NCBI RefSeq assembly: GCF_018977255.1
Contig: NW_024705487.1
Coordinates: forward strand, 1 to 40,437
Source of the DNA: Callorhinchus milii
Lineage: Eukaryota
Length of the DNA stretch: 40,437 nucleotides
Reading direction: 5' to 3'
The notes beneath the pieces are model-generated. The model searched no databases. It saw only the letters and a program-made list of their open reading frames with translations, and had not been told where the DNA came from. The translations under genes were made by a program, and so were the position numbers. Below are positions 23,977 through 36,186 of the stretch, piece after piece (position 1 is the first letter of the stretch; the number at the start of each line of letters is the position of its first letter).

Positions 23977-24032
23977 TGACGTCATAACCCAGAGACCATC
24001 GCCAAGTTCAAGATGGCGGCACCCAGGTTGGA
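23977..24032 (+). promoter_or_regulatory. CRE (TGACGTCA) plus YY1 motif (CAAGATGGCGGC) overlapping a possible first exon MAAP|GT
   Basis: TGACGTCA 23977-23984; CAAGATGGCGGC 24009-24020; ATG 24013; CAG|GTTGGA donor at 24027. Confidence 0.35.
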
Positions 24033-24940
24033 GGTTGTTGTTGTGGTGGTTGTTGTTGTGGTTGTTGTTGTGGTGGTGGTGGTGGTGGTGGTGGTGGTTG
24101 TTGTGGTGGTTGTTGTGGTGGTGGTGGTGGTTGTTGTGGTGGTGGTTGTTGTGGTGGTTGTAGTGATGGTTGTGGTGGTGGTGGTTGTAGTGGTGTGTGG
24201 TTGTTGGTGGTGGTTGTTGTTGTGGTTGTTGTTGTAGTGGTGGTGTGGTGGTTGTGGTGGTGGTGTTGTTGTGGCTGTGGTTGGTTGTTTGGTGGTGGTT
24301 GTTGTTGTGGTAGTGGTGGTGGTGGTTGTTGTTGTGGTGGTGGTTGTGGTGGTGGTGGGTGGTTGTTGTGGTGGTGGTTGTTTTGTGGTCGTAGTGGTGG
24401 TGGTTGTTGTGGTGGTGGTGGTTGTGGTAGTGGTGGTTGTTGTTGTCGCGGTGGTGGTGGTGGTGGTTGTTGTGGTGGTGGTTGTTGTGGTGGTTGTTGT
24501 GGTGGTGGCTGTTGTGGTGGTGGTTGTGGTGGTGGTTGTGGTGTTGTGGTGTTGTGGTTGTTTGTTGTGGTGGTTGTAGTGGTGGTGGTTGTAGTGGTGG
24601 TGGTTGTTGTGGTGGTGGTGGTTGTTGTGGTGGTGGTTGTAGTGGTTGTGGTAGTTGTTGTGGTGGGTGTGGTGGTGGTTGTAGTGGTGGTGGTTGTTGT
24701 GGTGGTGGTGGTGGTGGTTGTAGTGGTGGTGGTTGTAGTGGTGGTGGTTGTTGTGGTGGTTGTAGTGGTGGTGGTTGTTGTGTGGTGTGTGGTTGTTGTG
24801 GTGGTAGTGGTGGTGGTGGTTGTAGTGGTGGTGGTTGTTGTGGCGGTGGTTGTAGTGGTTGTGGTAGTTGTTGTGGTGGTAGTGGTGGTGGTTGTAGTGG
24901 TGGTGGTTGTTGTGGCGGTGGTTGTTGTGGTGGTGGTGGT
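24030..24940. repeat. (GGT/GTT)n tract
   Basis: Direct reading. Confidence 0.95.
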
Positions 24941-25054
24941 TCGATCCCGACCCTGACGACGCTGCTGCTGTGTTTGGAGTTTGGTGTCTCTCTCTCTCCC
25001 CAGAAGTTAACTACCTCGTCTGGTGTGCAGGACAATTCAGGAGTGGAAGAGGCA

Positions 25055-25905
25055 ACAACACACACACTGACACACACACATTGACACACACACACTGACA
25101 CACACACTGACACACACACACTGACACACACACACTGACACACACACACTGACACACACACACTGACACACACACACTGACACACACACACATTGACACA
25201 CACACATTGACACACACACACATTGACACACACACACTGACACACACACCCTGACACACACACACTGACACACACACATTTACACACACACACTGACACA
25301 CACATTGACACACACACACTGACACACACACACACTGACACACACACACATTGACACACACACACTGACACACACACACTGACACACACACACTGACACA
25401 CACACATTGACACACAGACATTGACATACACTCACACACCCACCCACACAGGCAAACTCACACGCACTCACGCACACACACACGCACTCACACGCACTCA
25501 CGCACGCACACTCACACCTACACACTGACACACACACACCCACACACGTAAACTTACACGCACTCACACCCACCCACACACATATACACTCACACACACT
25601 CACACGCACTCACACGCGCACTCACACACGCACTCACACGCACTCACACACACTCACACACACTCACACATACGCACTCACTCACGCGCGCACTCACACA
25701 CGCACTCACACACACACTCATACGCACTCACACACTCATACGCACTCACACACACACTCACACACACCCACGCACACACTCACACACGCACTCACACACG
25801 CACACTCACACATACACACTCACACGCACTCACACACCCACCTACACTCACACATACGCACTCACACATACCCACCCACACACGCAAACTCACACACACT
25901 CACGC
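25055..25905. repeat. (CA)n with CTGA/CTCA interruptions
   Basis: Direct reading. Confidence 0.95.
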
Positions 25906-26299
25906 AATGTCGCTACTACCAGCACTCCACCACCATCACCACTATCACCACCACCATCACCACCATCACCACACCATCATTACACCGTCATCGTCGTTAC
26001 CGCATCACCATCACCACGCCACGTCACCATCACCACGCCACCATCTCCATACCACTATGAGCACACTCACAATCATCGCACCGTCGCGATCTCTCTACGC
26101 CATTACCACACCGATACCAAAACGGCCACCGTCACCACACCGTCGTCACCACACCCCCGTCACCACCATCACCATCATCATTACCACCATCACCACTTGA
26201 GCAAAATAACCAACGTCACTACATCACCACCCCATGCACCTCCGCTGGTCAGGGTGGGCACTATAGAATGCGAGCGTGGTTGCAACATACATCCATCAC

Positions 26300-28100
26300 T
26301 GCAATCACCATCAGCAACACCGCCATCACCCACACTACCACCACCATCACCCACACTAACACCATCACCCACACTACCATCACCACCACCATTATCACCA
26401 TCAGCAACACCGCCATCACCCACACTATCACCACCATCACCACCACCTTTACCACCACTATCACCATCAACACCGCCATCACCCACACTACCATCACCAC
26501 CACTATTATCACCATCAGCAACACCGCCATCACCCACACTATCACCACCATCACCACCACCTTTACCACCACTATCACCATCAACACCGCCATCACCCAC
26601 ACTACCATCACCACCACCATTATCACCATCAGCAACACCGCCATCACCCACACTACCACCACCATCACCACCACCTTTACCACCACTATCACCATCAACA
26701 CCGCCATCACCCACACTACCATCACCACCACCATTATCACCATCAGCAACACCGCCATCACCCACACTATCACCACCATCACCACCACCTTTACCACCAC
26801 TATCACCATCAACACCGCCATCACCCACACTACCATCACCACCACCATTATCACCATCAGCAACACCGCCATCACCCACACTATCACCACCATCACCACC
26901 ACCTTTACCACCACTATCACCATCAACACTGCCATCACCCACACTATCACCACCATCACCACCACCTTTACCACCACTATCACCATCAACACCGCCATCA
27001 CCCACACTATCACCACCATCACCACCACCTTTACCACCACTATCACCATCAACACCGCCATCACCCACACTATCACCACCATCACCACACCTTTACCACC
27101 ACTATCACCATCAACACTGCCATCAACCACACTATCACCACCATTACCACAATCACCACCGCCATCACCCACACTAACACCACCACTACCACGACCACTA
27201 TCGCCATCACCACCACTACCACCATCACCACCGCCATCGCCCACACCACCACTACCACCACCACTGTCACCATCACCACCACTACCACCATCACCACTAT
27301 TGCCATCACCACCACTACCACCGTCACCACCGCCATCGCCCACACCACCACTACCACCACCACTGTCACCATTACCACCACTAACACCACGACCACCACC
27401 ACTGTCACCACCACCACCACCACTAACACCATCACCACTATCACCACCATCACCACCATCACCACCACTAACACCATCACCACCATCACCACCATCACCA
27501 CCACTAACACCACTATCACCACTATCACCACCACTGTCACTATCACCACCACTAACACCACCACCACTATCACCACCACCACCACTAACACCACCACCAC
27601 TAACACCATCACCACCACCACTATCACCACTGTCACCACCACCACTAACACCATCACCACTATCACCACCACCACTATCACCACCACCACCAACACCACC
27701 ACCACTATCACCACCATCACCACTATCACCACCACCACTATCACCACCACCACTATCACCACTATCACCACCACCACTAACACCACCACCACTAACACCA
27801 CCACCACTAACACCATCACCACTATCACCACCACCACTAACACCACCACCACTAACACCACCACCACTATCACCACTATCACCACCACCACTAACACCAC
27901 TAACACCACCACCACTAACACCACCACTAACACCACCAACAACACCACCACTAACACCACCAACAACACCACCACTAACACCACCACTAACACCACCAAC
28001 AACACCACCACTAACACCACCACCACTAACACCACCACCACTAACACCATCACCACTATCACCATCACCACTATCACCACCACTGTCACTACCACCGCCA
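26300..28100. repeat. CCA-derived minisatellite with a 114-bp higher-order unit, then (CCACTAACA/CCACTATCA)n
   Basis: tcagcaacac recurs at 26401, 26515, 26629, 26743, 26857 (period 114). Confidence 0.9.
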
Positions 28101-28684
28101 CCGCCGGCTGGAGCTCCGTGGCTCCGCTGGAGCTCCGTGCTGTTCAGCGGCTTCCTCACCAAGCAGCCAAGTGGCCACCGCCGCTTCTTCGTGCTGCGTG
28201 GGGGCGGCGGGACCGTAGCCCCCCTCCTCCAGTGCTACCGCAGCCCCCGGGAGAGCTGCCTGGCCTGGGGGGCGGGGCGCCCCCCCCGCCTCCTCCCGCT
28301 CCTCCACGCCGACCTGCCCGGCCGCCTCGCCCGCCTCGCCCGCCTGCTCCTCCGCCCGCCGCCCGCGTCCTGTCCCTCGGCGGCCTAGCGGCGGCGGTGG
28401 AGCGCTCGGACGCGCGGGCCCCGTACGGCCTGGCCCTCTTCGCCGACGCGGGGTACCTCGCCCTGGCCGCCGACGACGAGGCCCAGAGACGGGCCTGGAT
28501 GGGGGCCCTGCGGGCTCACCTCCCGCCGCGGCGGCGGGCGGCGGGGCCGGGCCGCCGCTGGCCGCGTGGGAAGGGCGGCTGTGGAGCCGCGGCGGGGCGG
28601 AGGTGCTGCGTGCGGGGCCCTGCCGCGTCTACGTCTACGCGAGGAGCCTGCGCTTCGCGAGCCCCGCGACGGGGCCGCTCGCAG
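28101..28684 (+). CDS. IRS-family adaptor exon: PH domain and start of IRS-type PTB domain (two frameshifts in G/C runs)
   Basis: VLFSGFLTKQPSGHRRFFVLR..LQCY / RVLSL..ERSDARAPYGLALF..LALAADDEAQRRAWMGAL vs recalled IRS1 VRKVGYLRKPKSMHKRFFVLR..LEYY..RSIPL..KRADSKNKHLVALY..FAIAADSEAEQDSWYQAL; then AAWEGRLWSRG..GPCRVYVYARSLRF. Confidence 0.8.
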
Positions 28685-28894
28685 GCAGGTGGCGGCGGCG
28701 GCAGAGGTCGCAAGCGGGTTTTGATTCCCTACCCGTAGCCTACGCTAAATGAGTGACAAACGGTGACTCGCAGAGTCCATCGACCCAAAGAGACCCACAG
28801 AGACCCACAGAGACCCGCAGAGGGGGGTACAGGCTGCAGGTTGTGGGGGGTTTGTGGGCGATGTGCAGAGTGCCACTTCCTTGTGTGGCAGCAG

Positions 28895-29013
28895 ACGCCA
28901 CGGCGGTGACCATCAACCTGGCGGACATCAAGTGCTACGGACACGTCCGGGATTGCTTCTCCGTCAAGTGGGACACGCACTCGGAGCTTGGAGTTGGACT
29001 GATCTGGATGAAG
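28895..29013 (+). CDS. IRS-type PTB domain exon (ATAVTINLADIKCYGHVRDCFSVKWDTHSELGVGLIWMK)
   Basis: Aligns to recalled IRS1 AAAVVLQLMNIRRCGHSENFFFIEVGRSAVTGPGEFWMQ; CAGCAG acceptor; AAG|GTACGA donor. Confidence 0.8.
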
Positions 29014-29101
29014 GTACGACCTCGTCTCGATGTTTCTGTTACACCACGGACACAATTCGTTCCCGAGGCCGTCCGCTCGTGAGTCATTCGGCCAGCGTTG
29101 A

Positions 29102-29395
29102 CAAAGAACCCCCGTGTAGCCTTAACAGACTGTAGGGGCAAGTGCTGTTAGCGAGCACCTATGAAGGCGGAACGGCACACGAGGGGGTGGGTGGCCAGCA
29201 CCACGCCCGGCCGCCTTTGTCTCCCCAGTGGCGATGTTTACACACCGCACCAGGTACTCATTTGAGGCTGAGTCGACCTAGGGGAGGCCCAGGACCGGTT
29301 CAGATAATCGTCACCGGTGTTGGCCGTGAGCGGGAATCGAACCCGGGTCGCCAGGTTCATAGTGCAGCGCGCTAACCACTACACTATCGCTCCCC
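29102..29395 (-). mobile_element. Full-length tRNA-derived SINE with Nin-type core, inside the IRS-like intron
   Basis: Head GGGGAGCGATAGTGTAGTGGTTAGCGCG..GGTTCGATTCCC (A/B boxes); core GTCGACTCAGCCTCAAATGAGTACC..AAGGCGGCCGGGCGTG..GCTGGCCAC; second copy at 38582. Confidence 0.85.
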
Positions 29396-29631
29396 ACACG
29401 CACGCACACACATAGACACACACACACGCACACACGCACACACATAGACACACGCACGCACACACACGCACGAACGCACCGCAGCCCGGTCGCACGTGAC
29501 ACCTCACGGAGGACGGATCGCTCCGCTTAGTTTTGGCGCCGTGACTTTGTGACGACCCGCACCGCCGCCTGCCGCAAAGAGTTTCGCAGCTCACCGGATT
29601 CCCCTCCCTCCCTCCCCACCGCGAGCCGCAG

Positions 29632-29889
29632 CTGGAGGAGGGTTCGGCGGCGGCGCTGCACGGCGCGGTTCTGCCGCGCCCGGCTGGGGCTGCCCAGCGA
29701 CGAGCTGGGACAGGAGGACGATGCAGGAGAAGTTGAATGTCAAGCCGCTGGGTCCAAGTCAACCGAAAATTGAAATCAACCCGGCCCCTCGGGCGACCGG
29801 GGAAAAGCATTCCGTGAGGACATTTTAGCCAGAGCCGGCGTGCTGGCCAGGCCTGGCTATGTGAATTCAGACGAAAGCCTGTCGTGCAG
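29632..29889 (+). CDS. IRS-like exon: PTB C-terminal helix (LEEGSAAALHGAVL) plus a short tail with disrupted frame
   Basis: Acceptor ccgcag| phase 0 continues WMK; aligns to recalled IRS1 VDDSVVAQNMHETIL; candidate donor CAG|GTGGGT at 29890; 3' boundary uncertain. Confidence 0.6.
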
Positions 29890-30606
29890 GTGGGTGTGTC
29901 GCCCTACGCGGCTGTTATTGTACGGTGTGTGGTGTCGTGGTTGTCTCGGCTAACTTGATTTCTCGACACGCTCCGGACAGGCTCACGGAGAAACATACAC
30001 GCTGGGCCACGTAGAGCTTTGCCACCCGTACGGCACACCGGCGACGTGCAACTCGATAGCTGGCTGGCTGTGCGACGACGACGACGACGAAGAGACGGCA
30101 GTGATGACAGCCTTGACCCGAGACCACCACGACAAGCCCCAAACCCCCACTTGCCTTTCCCTTGTAGTCGCCCAGCGTGGCCACGCCCACCTCTGAACTC
30201 TCTCGCTGTTCCAGGAGCTTCCCAGTGAATCCCCACCTTGAGCCTTGCCCCAGTTCACGTGCCCCTTGTGGGTTCGCCATTGTATGACGCACCCGCACCT
30301 CTAGTTAACCCCCACGGTCAACGGGTTCTTCGTGTTCTTTCGGTAAAGTCGTCACGTAGAATGGAAATTTCGGCCACAACGCAAGCAGCCGTCCTCAGGT
30401 GAAGAGGAACAGGTCTGTCGGGGGGCGTGGTGAGCAGTGTGCGCAGTGACAGGTGGCAAACCCCGTCACCGCGCACACATTTTGTGAGCGAATAAAATGG
30501 GCCCCAATAAACGTCAATTATATTTTGCGACAAAAAAAATGGCGGATTTGATTTATCGCGCGCTTGCGAAGGGGGGCGAGGGGGGCCACGTGCTGCCGTA
30601 CGAGGG

Positions 30607-30654
30607 GGAGATCCCCGCCGCGGGAGCCGCGAGTCTCCCGCGGCGGGGATCTCC
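30607..30654. repeat. Perfect 20-bp inverted repeat with 8-nt loop
   Basis: GGAGATCCCCGCCGCGGGAG-ccgcgagt-CTCCCGCGGCGGGGATCTCC. Confidence 0.95.
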
Positions 30655-31269
30655 GCCCGATGCCAAGTCGCCGCGTCTGCAGTGAAGTGCCGTCTCAAGA
30701 GAAGTGCGCCGAGCTGTCGTTACAGATTCTTAGGTTTTTTCGGTTAAGTCACCAGGTAGGTAAAAAATGTAAATTGGTAAAATAAAATTAAAATCGCTTC
30801 CGTCTTCAGGTGGAACCGTCACAGCACGACAGCTGTATCAAGTGAGAGAAATTCCAAGAACACAGTACTTATATATATACTGGTTGAGGGTGGGAGGAGC
30901 CAAGGTAGGCCCTGAATATTATTGTTGTGAGGTTCGGTGCGGCTGAAGCACCACGCTGTTAGGAATGAGCCTTTGTTGTGTAAACTAGGTGCGGCTGATG
31001 TACACTTTGACACCGACAAGAAGGTGCCATGACGGGACACCACGCACTAAACCTTCATTTCAAACGTAAAAAAAACGCCACGCAACGCTGAACACGAAGA
31101 GATACTCCGCCGTAGTTTTCCCGACCACTTTGTGGACTTTTATTGAATGCAAACAAGAACTCGGACCAAGCGCTGTCCGCTCTCAAAATCCGGCAGAAGT
31201 GAAGCGCCATCTTGGGTGAATCGCAACCTTTGAAACGTCATAAGGGGTAAGCGAGAGAACAATCCGTTC

Positions 31270-31910
31270 ATGACCCACAGACTCATCACACAGAGACCCA
31301 CAGACTCACCCACACAGACCCACAGACTCATCACACAGAGACCCACAGACTCATCACACAGAGACCCATAGACTCATCACACAGATCCAGATTCATAGAC
31401 TCACCACACAGAGACCCATAGACTCATTACACAGAGACCCATAGACTCACTACACAGAGACCCACAGACTCATTACACAGAGACCCATAGACTCATCACA
31501 CAGACCCATAGACTCACTACACAGAGACCCATAGACTCACTACACAGAGACTCATAGACTCACTACACAGAGACCCATAGACTCATCACACAGAGACCCA
31601 TAGACTCATCACACAGACCCATAGACTCACTACACAGAGACCCACAGACTCACCACTCAGAGACTCATAGACTCACCACACAGAGACCCATAGACTCATC
31701 ACACAGAGACCCATAGACTCACCACACAGACCCATAGACTCACTACACAGAGACCCATAGACTCATCGCAGAGATTCATAGGATCACCACACAGAGACCG
31801 ATAGACTCATCATACAGAATCCCATATACTCACACAGAGACCCATAGATTGACCACACAAAGACCCATAGACTCACTACACAGAGATACATAGACTCACC
31901 ACACAGACCC
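31270..31910. repeat. ~23-bp minisatellite (ACAGAGACCCATAGACTCATCAC)n
   Basis: Direct reading. Confidence 0.95.
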
Positions 31911-32087
31911 ATGCACCTAGCTTAGCACAGCAGTCAACCCATGGCACCTGCTGGGTCTGCTCCGTTACCTCCTCATGCACCTAGCCTGGCACAGCAGTCA
32001 ACCACGGCACCTGCAGGGTCTGTCCCGTGACTTCCTGCACCTAGCCTGGCACAGCAGTCAACCCACGGCGCCTGCTGGGTCTGTCCC
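31911..32087. repeat. ~62-bp tandem repeat, ~3 copies
   Basis: tgcacctagc..gcacagcagtcaacc..ggcacctgc.gggtctg three times. Confidence 0.9.
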
Positions 32088-32186
32088 TGAGATGATAAGC
32101 CACTTCGCTAAGCCATCTCTCTCTGCGTGTGTCTGTCTTTGTGTCTGATAACTTTAATGTACATTGTATTATGGTTGTCATTGTTT

Positions 32187-32956
32187 GACATCTTCTGTAA
32201 CAGGAAGACATCTTCTGTAAGGAGAAGACATCTTCTGTAACAGGAAGACATCTTCTGTAACGGGAAGACATCTTCTGTAACGGGAAGACATCTTCTGTAA
32301 CGGGAAGACATCTTCTGTAACGGGAAGACATCTTCTGTAACGGGAAGACATCTTCTGTAACGGGAAGACATCTTCTGTAACGGGAAGACATCTTCTGTAA
32401 CGGGAAGACATCTTCCTTAACGGGAAGACATCTTCTGTAACGGGAAGACATCTTCTTAACGGGAAGACGTCTTCTGTAACTGGAAGACGTCTTCTGTAGC
32501 TGGAAGACATCTTCTGTAACTGGAAGACGTCTTCTGTAACTGGAATACGTCTTCTGTAACGGGAAGACATCTTCTGTAACGGGAAGACGTCTTCTGTAAC
32601 GGGAAGACATCTTCTGTAACTGGAAGACATCTTCTGGAAAGAGGAAGACATCTTCTGTAACGGGAAGACATCTTCTGTAACGGGAAGACTCTTCTGTAAC
32701 TGGAAGACGTCTTCTGTAGCTGGAAGACATCTTCTGTAACTGGAAGATATCTTCTGTAACTGGAAGACATCTTCTGGAAGAGAAAGACATGTTCTGTAAC
32801 GGGAAAGACATCTTCTGTAACGGGAAGACGTCTTCTGTAACGGGAAGACATCTTCTGTAACTGGAAGACATCTTCTGGAAGAGAAAGACATCTTCTGTAA
32901 CGGGAAGACATCTTCTGGAAGAGGAAGACGTCTTCTGTAACGGGAAGACATCTTCC
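32187..32956. repeat. 20-bp minisatellite (GACATCTTCTGTAACGGGAA)n, ~38 copies
   Basis: Direct reading; contains the palindrome GAAGACRTCTTC. Confidence 0.96.
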
Positions 32957-32969
32957 GAGATGGGTTTTC

Positions 32970-33080
32970 AATCCACCAATGAGAAGAGGGCTGCGGGGTG
33001 ACGCGCAACGCCGGCAGCCAATCGGGGAGCGGCTCGCGCCTGAAGGGGGCGGGGCATCAGCGCGTGAGGACGTCACCGTG
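32970..33080 (+). promoter_or_regulatory. CpG-rich promoter-like cluster: two CCAAT boxes, GC box, CRE-like site
   Basis: CCAAT 32976 and 33018; GGGGGCGGGGC 33045-33055; GACGTCA ~33069. Confidence 0.45.
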
Positions 33081-33295
33081 GTGACGAGAGGCGCTCTGAC
33101 AATCTCCCATCGACAACTACCACCACAACCACCACAACAACAACAACTACTTGTATATCACTGCTGCTACTACCCTGTGAGTATCACAACAACAACAACT
33201 CGTGTAGTGGTTGTTGTAAGAGGTAAACATTCAGCAACACTGTGTTGTAGTGTAGACATAATGGCGGGTGTGTGGTGACGTCACCGCCACAGGGT

Positions 33296-35930
33296 GTGAA
33301 GGTGGTGGTGGGTGGGGGGGTGGTGGTGGTGGTGGTGCTGATGGTGGTGATGGTGGTGATGGTGGTGGTGCTGGTGGTGGAGGTGATGGTGATGGTGGTG
33401 ATGGTGGTGGTGATAGTGGTGATTGTGGTGATGGTGGTGATGGTGGTGGGGTGATGGTGGTGGTGATGGTGATGGTGGTGGTGATGGGTGGTGGTGATGG
33501 TGGTGGTGGTGGTGGTGATGGTGGTGATGGTGGTGGTGGTGGTGATGGTGGTGGATGGTGGTGATGGTGGTGGTGGTGGTGATGGGTGGTGGTGGTGATG
33601 GTGGTGATGGTGGTGATGGTGGTGGTGATGGTGGTGGTGTGGTGGTGGTGGTGGTGGTGATGGTGGTGGTGGTGGTGGTGGTGATGGTGGTGGTGATGGT
33701 GGTGGTGATGGTGGTGATGGTGGTGGTGGTGGTGGTGATGGTGGTGGTGGTGGTGGTGGTGGTGGTGGTGGTGGTGGTGGTGGTGGTGATGGTGATGGTG
33801 GTGATGGTGGTGGTGGTGGTGATGGTGGTGGTGATGGTGGTGGTGGTGGTGATGGTGGTGGTGATGGTGGTGGATGGTGGTGGTGGTGATGGTGGTGGTG
33901 ATGGTGGTGTGGTGATGGTGTGGTGGTGGTGGTGGTGGTGGTGGTGGTGGTGGTGGTGGTGATGGTGGTGGTGATGGTGGTGGTGGTGGTGATGGTGGTG
34001 GTGGTGGTGATGGTGGTGGTGGTGGTGGTGGTGGTGGTGATGGTGGTGGTGGTGATGGTGGTGGTGGTGGTGATGGTGGTGATGGTGGTGATGGTGGTGG
34101 TGGTGGTGGTGGTGGTGGTGGTGGTGGTGGTGGTGGTGGTGGTGGTGGTGTGGTGGTGGTGGTGGTGGTGGTGGTGGTGGTGGTGGTGGTGGTGGTGGTG
34201 TGTGTGGTGGTGGTGGTGGTGGTGGTGGTGGTGGTGGTGGTGGTGGTGGTGGTGGTGGTGGTGGTGGTGGTGGTGGTGGTGGTGGTGGTGGTGGTGGTGG
34301 TGGTGGTGGTGGTGGTGGTGGTGGTGGTGGTGGTGGTGGTGGTGGTGGTGGTGGTGGTGGTGGTGGTGGTGTTGGTGGTGGTGGTGGTGGTGGTGGTGGT
34401 GGTGGTGGTGGTGGTGGTGGTGGTGGTGGTGGTGGTGGTGGTGGTGGTGGTGGTGGTGGTGGTGGTGATGGTGGTGGTGGTGATGGTGGTGGTGATGGTG
34501 GTGGTGGTGGTGATGGTGGTGGTGGTGATGGTGGTGGTGATGGTGGTGGTGGTGGTGTTGGTGGTGGTGGTGGTGGTGTGGTGGTGTGGTGGTGGTGGTG
34601 GTGGTGGTGATGGTGGTGGTGGTGGTGTTGGTGGTGGTGGGGTGGTGATGGTGGTGGTGGTGATGGTGGTGGTGGGTGGTGATGGTGGTGATGGTGGTGG
34701 TGGTGGTGATGGATGGTGGGTGGTGGTGGTGGTGATGGTGGTGGTGGTGGTGATGGTGGTGGTGATGGTGGTGATGGTGGTGGTGGTGGTGGTGGTGGTG
34801 ATGGTGGTGATGGTGATGGTGGTGGTGGATGGTGGTGGTGGGTGGTGGTGGTGTGGTGGTGATGGTGTGATGGTGGTGGTGGTGGTGGTGATGTGGTGGT
34901 GGTGGTGGTGGTGGTGGTGATGGTGGTGATGGTGGTGGTGGTGTTGGTGGTGGTGGTGGTGGTGATGGTGTGGTGGTGATGGTGATGGTGGTGATGGGTT
35001 GGTGGTGGTGATGGTGGTGGTGGTGGTGATGTGGTGGTGATGGTGATGGTGGTGATGGTGGTGGTGGTGATGGTGGTGGTATGTGGTGGTGGTGATGGTC
35101 GGTGGTGGTGGTGGATGGTGGTGGTGGTGATGGTGGTGGTGGTGGTGATGGTGGTGGTGATGGTGGTGGTGGGGTGGTGGTGATGGTGGTGGTGGGTGGT
35201 GATGATGGTGGTGGCGGTGGTGGTGATGTTGATGGTGTGGTGATGGTGGTGGTGGTGATGGTGGGTCAGTGAGGTGGTGGTGGTGATGGTGGGGCAGTGT
35301 GAGGTGGTGGTGGTGATGGTGATGATGGTGGTGGTGGTGATGGTGGTGGTGATGATGGTGGTGGTGATGGTGGTGGTGATGATGGTGGTGGTGATGGTGG
35401 TGGTGATGATGGTGGTGATGGTGGTGGTGATGGTGGTGGTGATGGTGGTGGTGATGATGGTGATGGTGATGGGTGGTGGTGATGATGGTGGTGATGGTGG
35501 TTATGATGGTGGTGATGATGGTGGTGATGGTGGTGATGGTGGTGGTGATGGTGGTGGTGATGATGGTGGTGATGGTGATAATGGTGGTGGTGATGGTGAT
35601 GGTGTGATGGTGATGATGGTGGTGATGGTGGTGGTGTGATGGTGGTGGTGGTGATGATGGTGATGGTGTGGTGATGATGGTGGGTGGTGATGATTGGTGG
35701 TGGTGATGGTGGTGATGATGATGGTGATGGTGGTGATGGTGGTGACGGTGTTCACGGTGTGTGCAGCTTGCAGGATGGACTGGCGAGGGCAGCGGTGACG
35801 GACTGGTGGTGATGATGGTGATGATGATGGTGGTGGTGATGATGGTGGTGGTAGTGATGATGGTAGTGGTGGTGGTGGTGTGATGATGGTGATGATGATG
35901 GTGGTGGTGTTGATGGTGGTGGTGGTGACG
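33296..35930. repeat. ~2.6-kb (GGT/GAT)n tract including long pure (GGT)n
   Basis: Direct reading. Confidence 0.97.
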
Positions 35931-35938
35931 GTGTTCAC

Positions 35939-36186
35939 GGTGTGTGCAGCTTGCAGGATGGACGGTGACGGACTGGGCTCCTGCGGCCACCGCCCTGCTG
36001 CGTCTAGCCGAGCCGCGGGCCTCACCGTGGCCAACTTCGCCGACTTCGGCGACTTTGTCCGCCTGATGTTCGGCAACGTTGACGGCATCGGCGATTGCGA
36101 CGGCGCCGACTGCAGCGACTCGGAGGGCGTGGCCTTCAGCGACATCGTCGGCGACTTTGACGGCGTCACTTTCGGCACTGTCAATT
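35939..36186. CDS. Probable coding exon of an unidentified gene; strand unresolved (minus reading is S/P/T/K-rich: VPKVTPSKSPTMSLK...)
   Basis: Unique island with strong third-position GC bias, open on both strands; plausible splice sites on both. Confidence 0.4.

Noticed and set aside
25004..25055. EVNYLVW, resembling a LisH/TBL1 start, after a good acceptor
   Set aside because: Similarity ends after 7 residues, no clear donor, and it is out of phase with the MAAP candidate exon.
32041..33076. Three overlapping 200-276-aa minus-strand ORFs
   Set aside because: By-products of the stop-free 20-bp minisatellite.
33272..33290. 19-nt match (GTGGTGACGTCACCGCCAC) to the RTE 3' end at ~20344-20362
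   Set aside because: Short, palindromic and GGT-like; too little to call an element.
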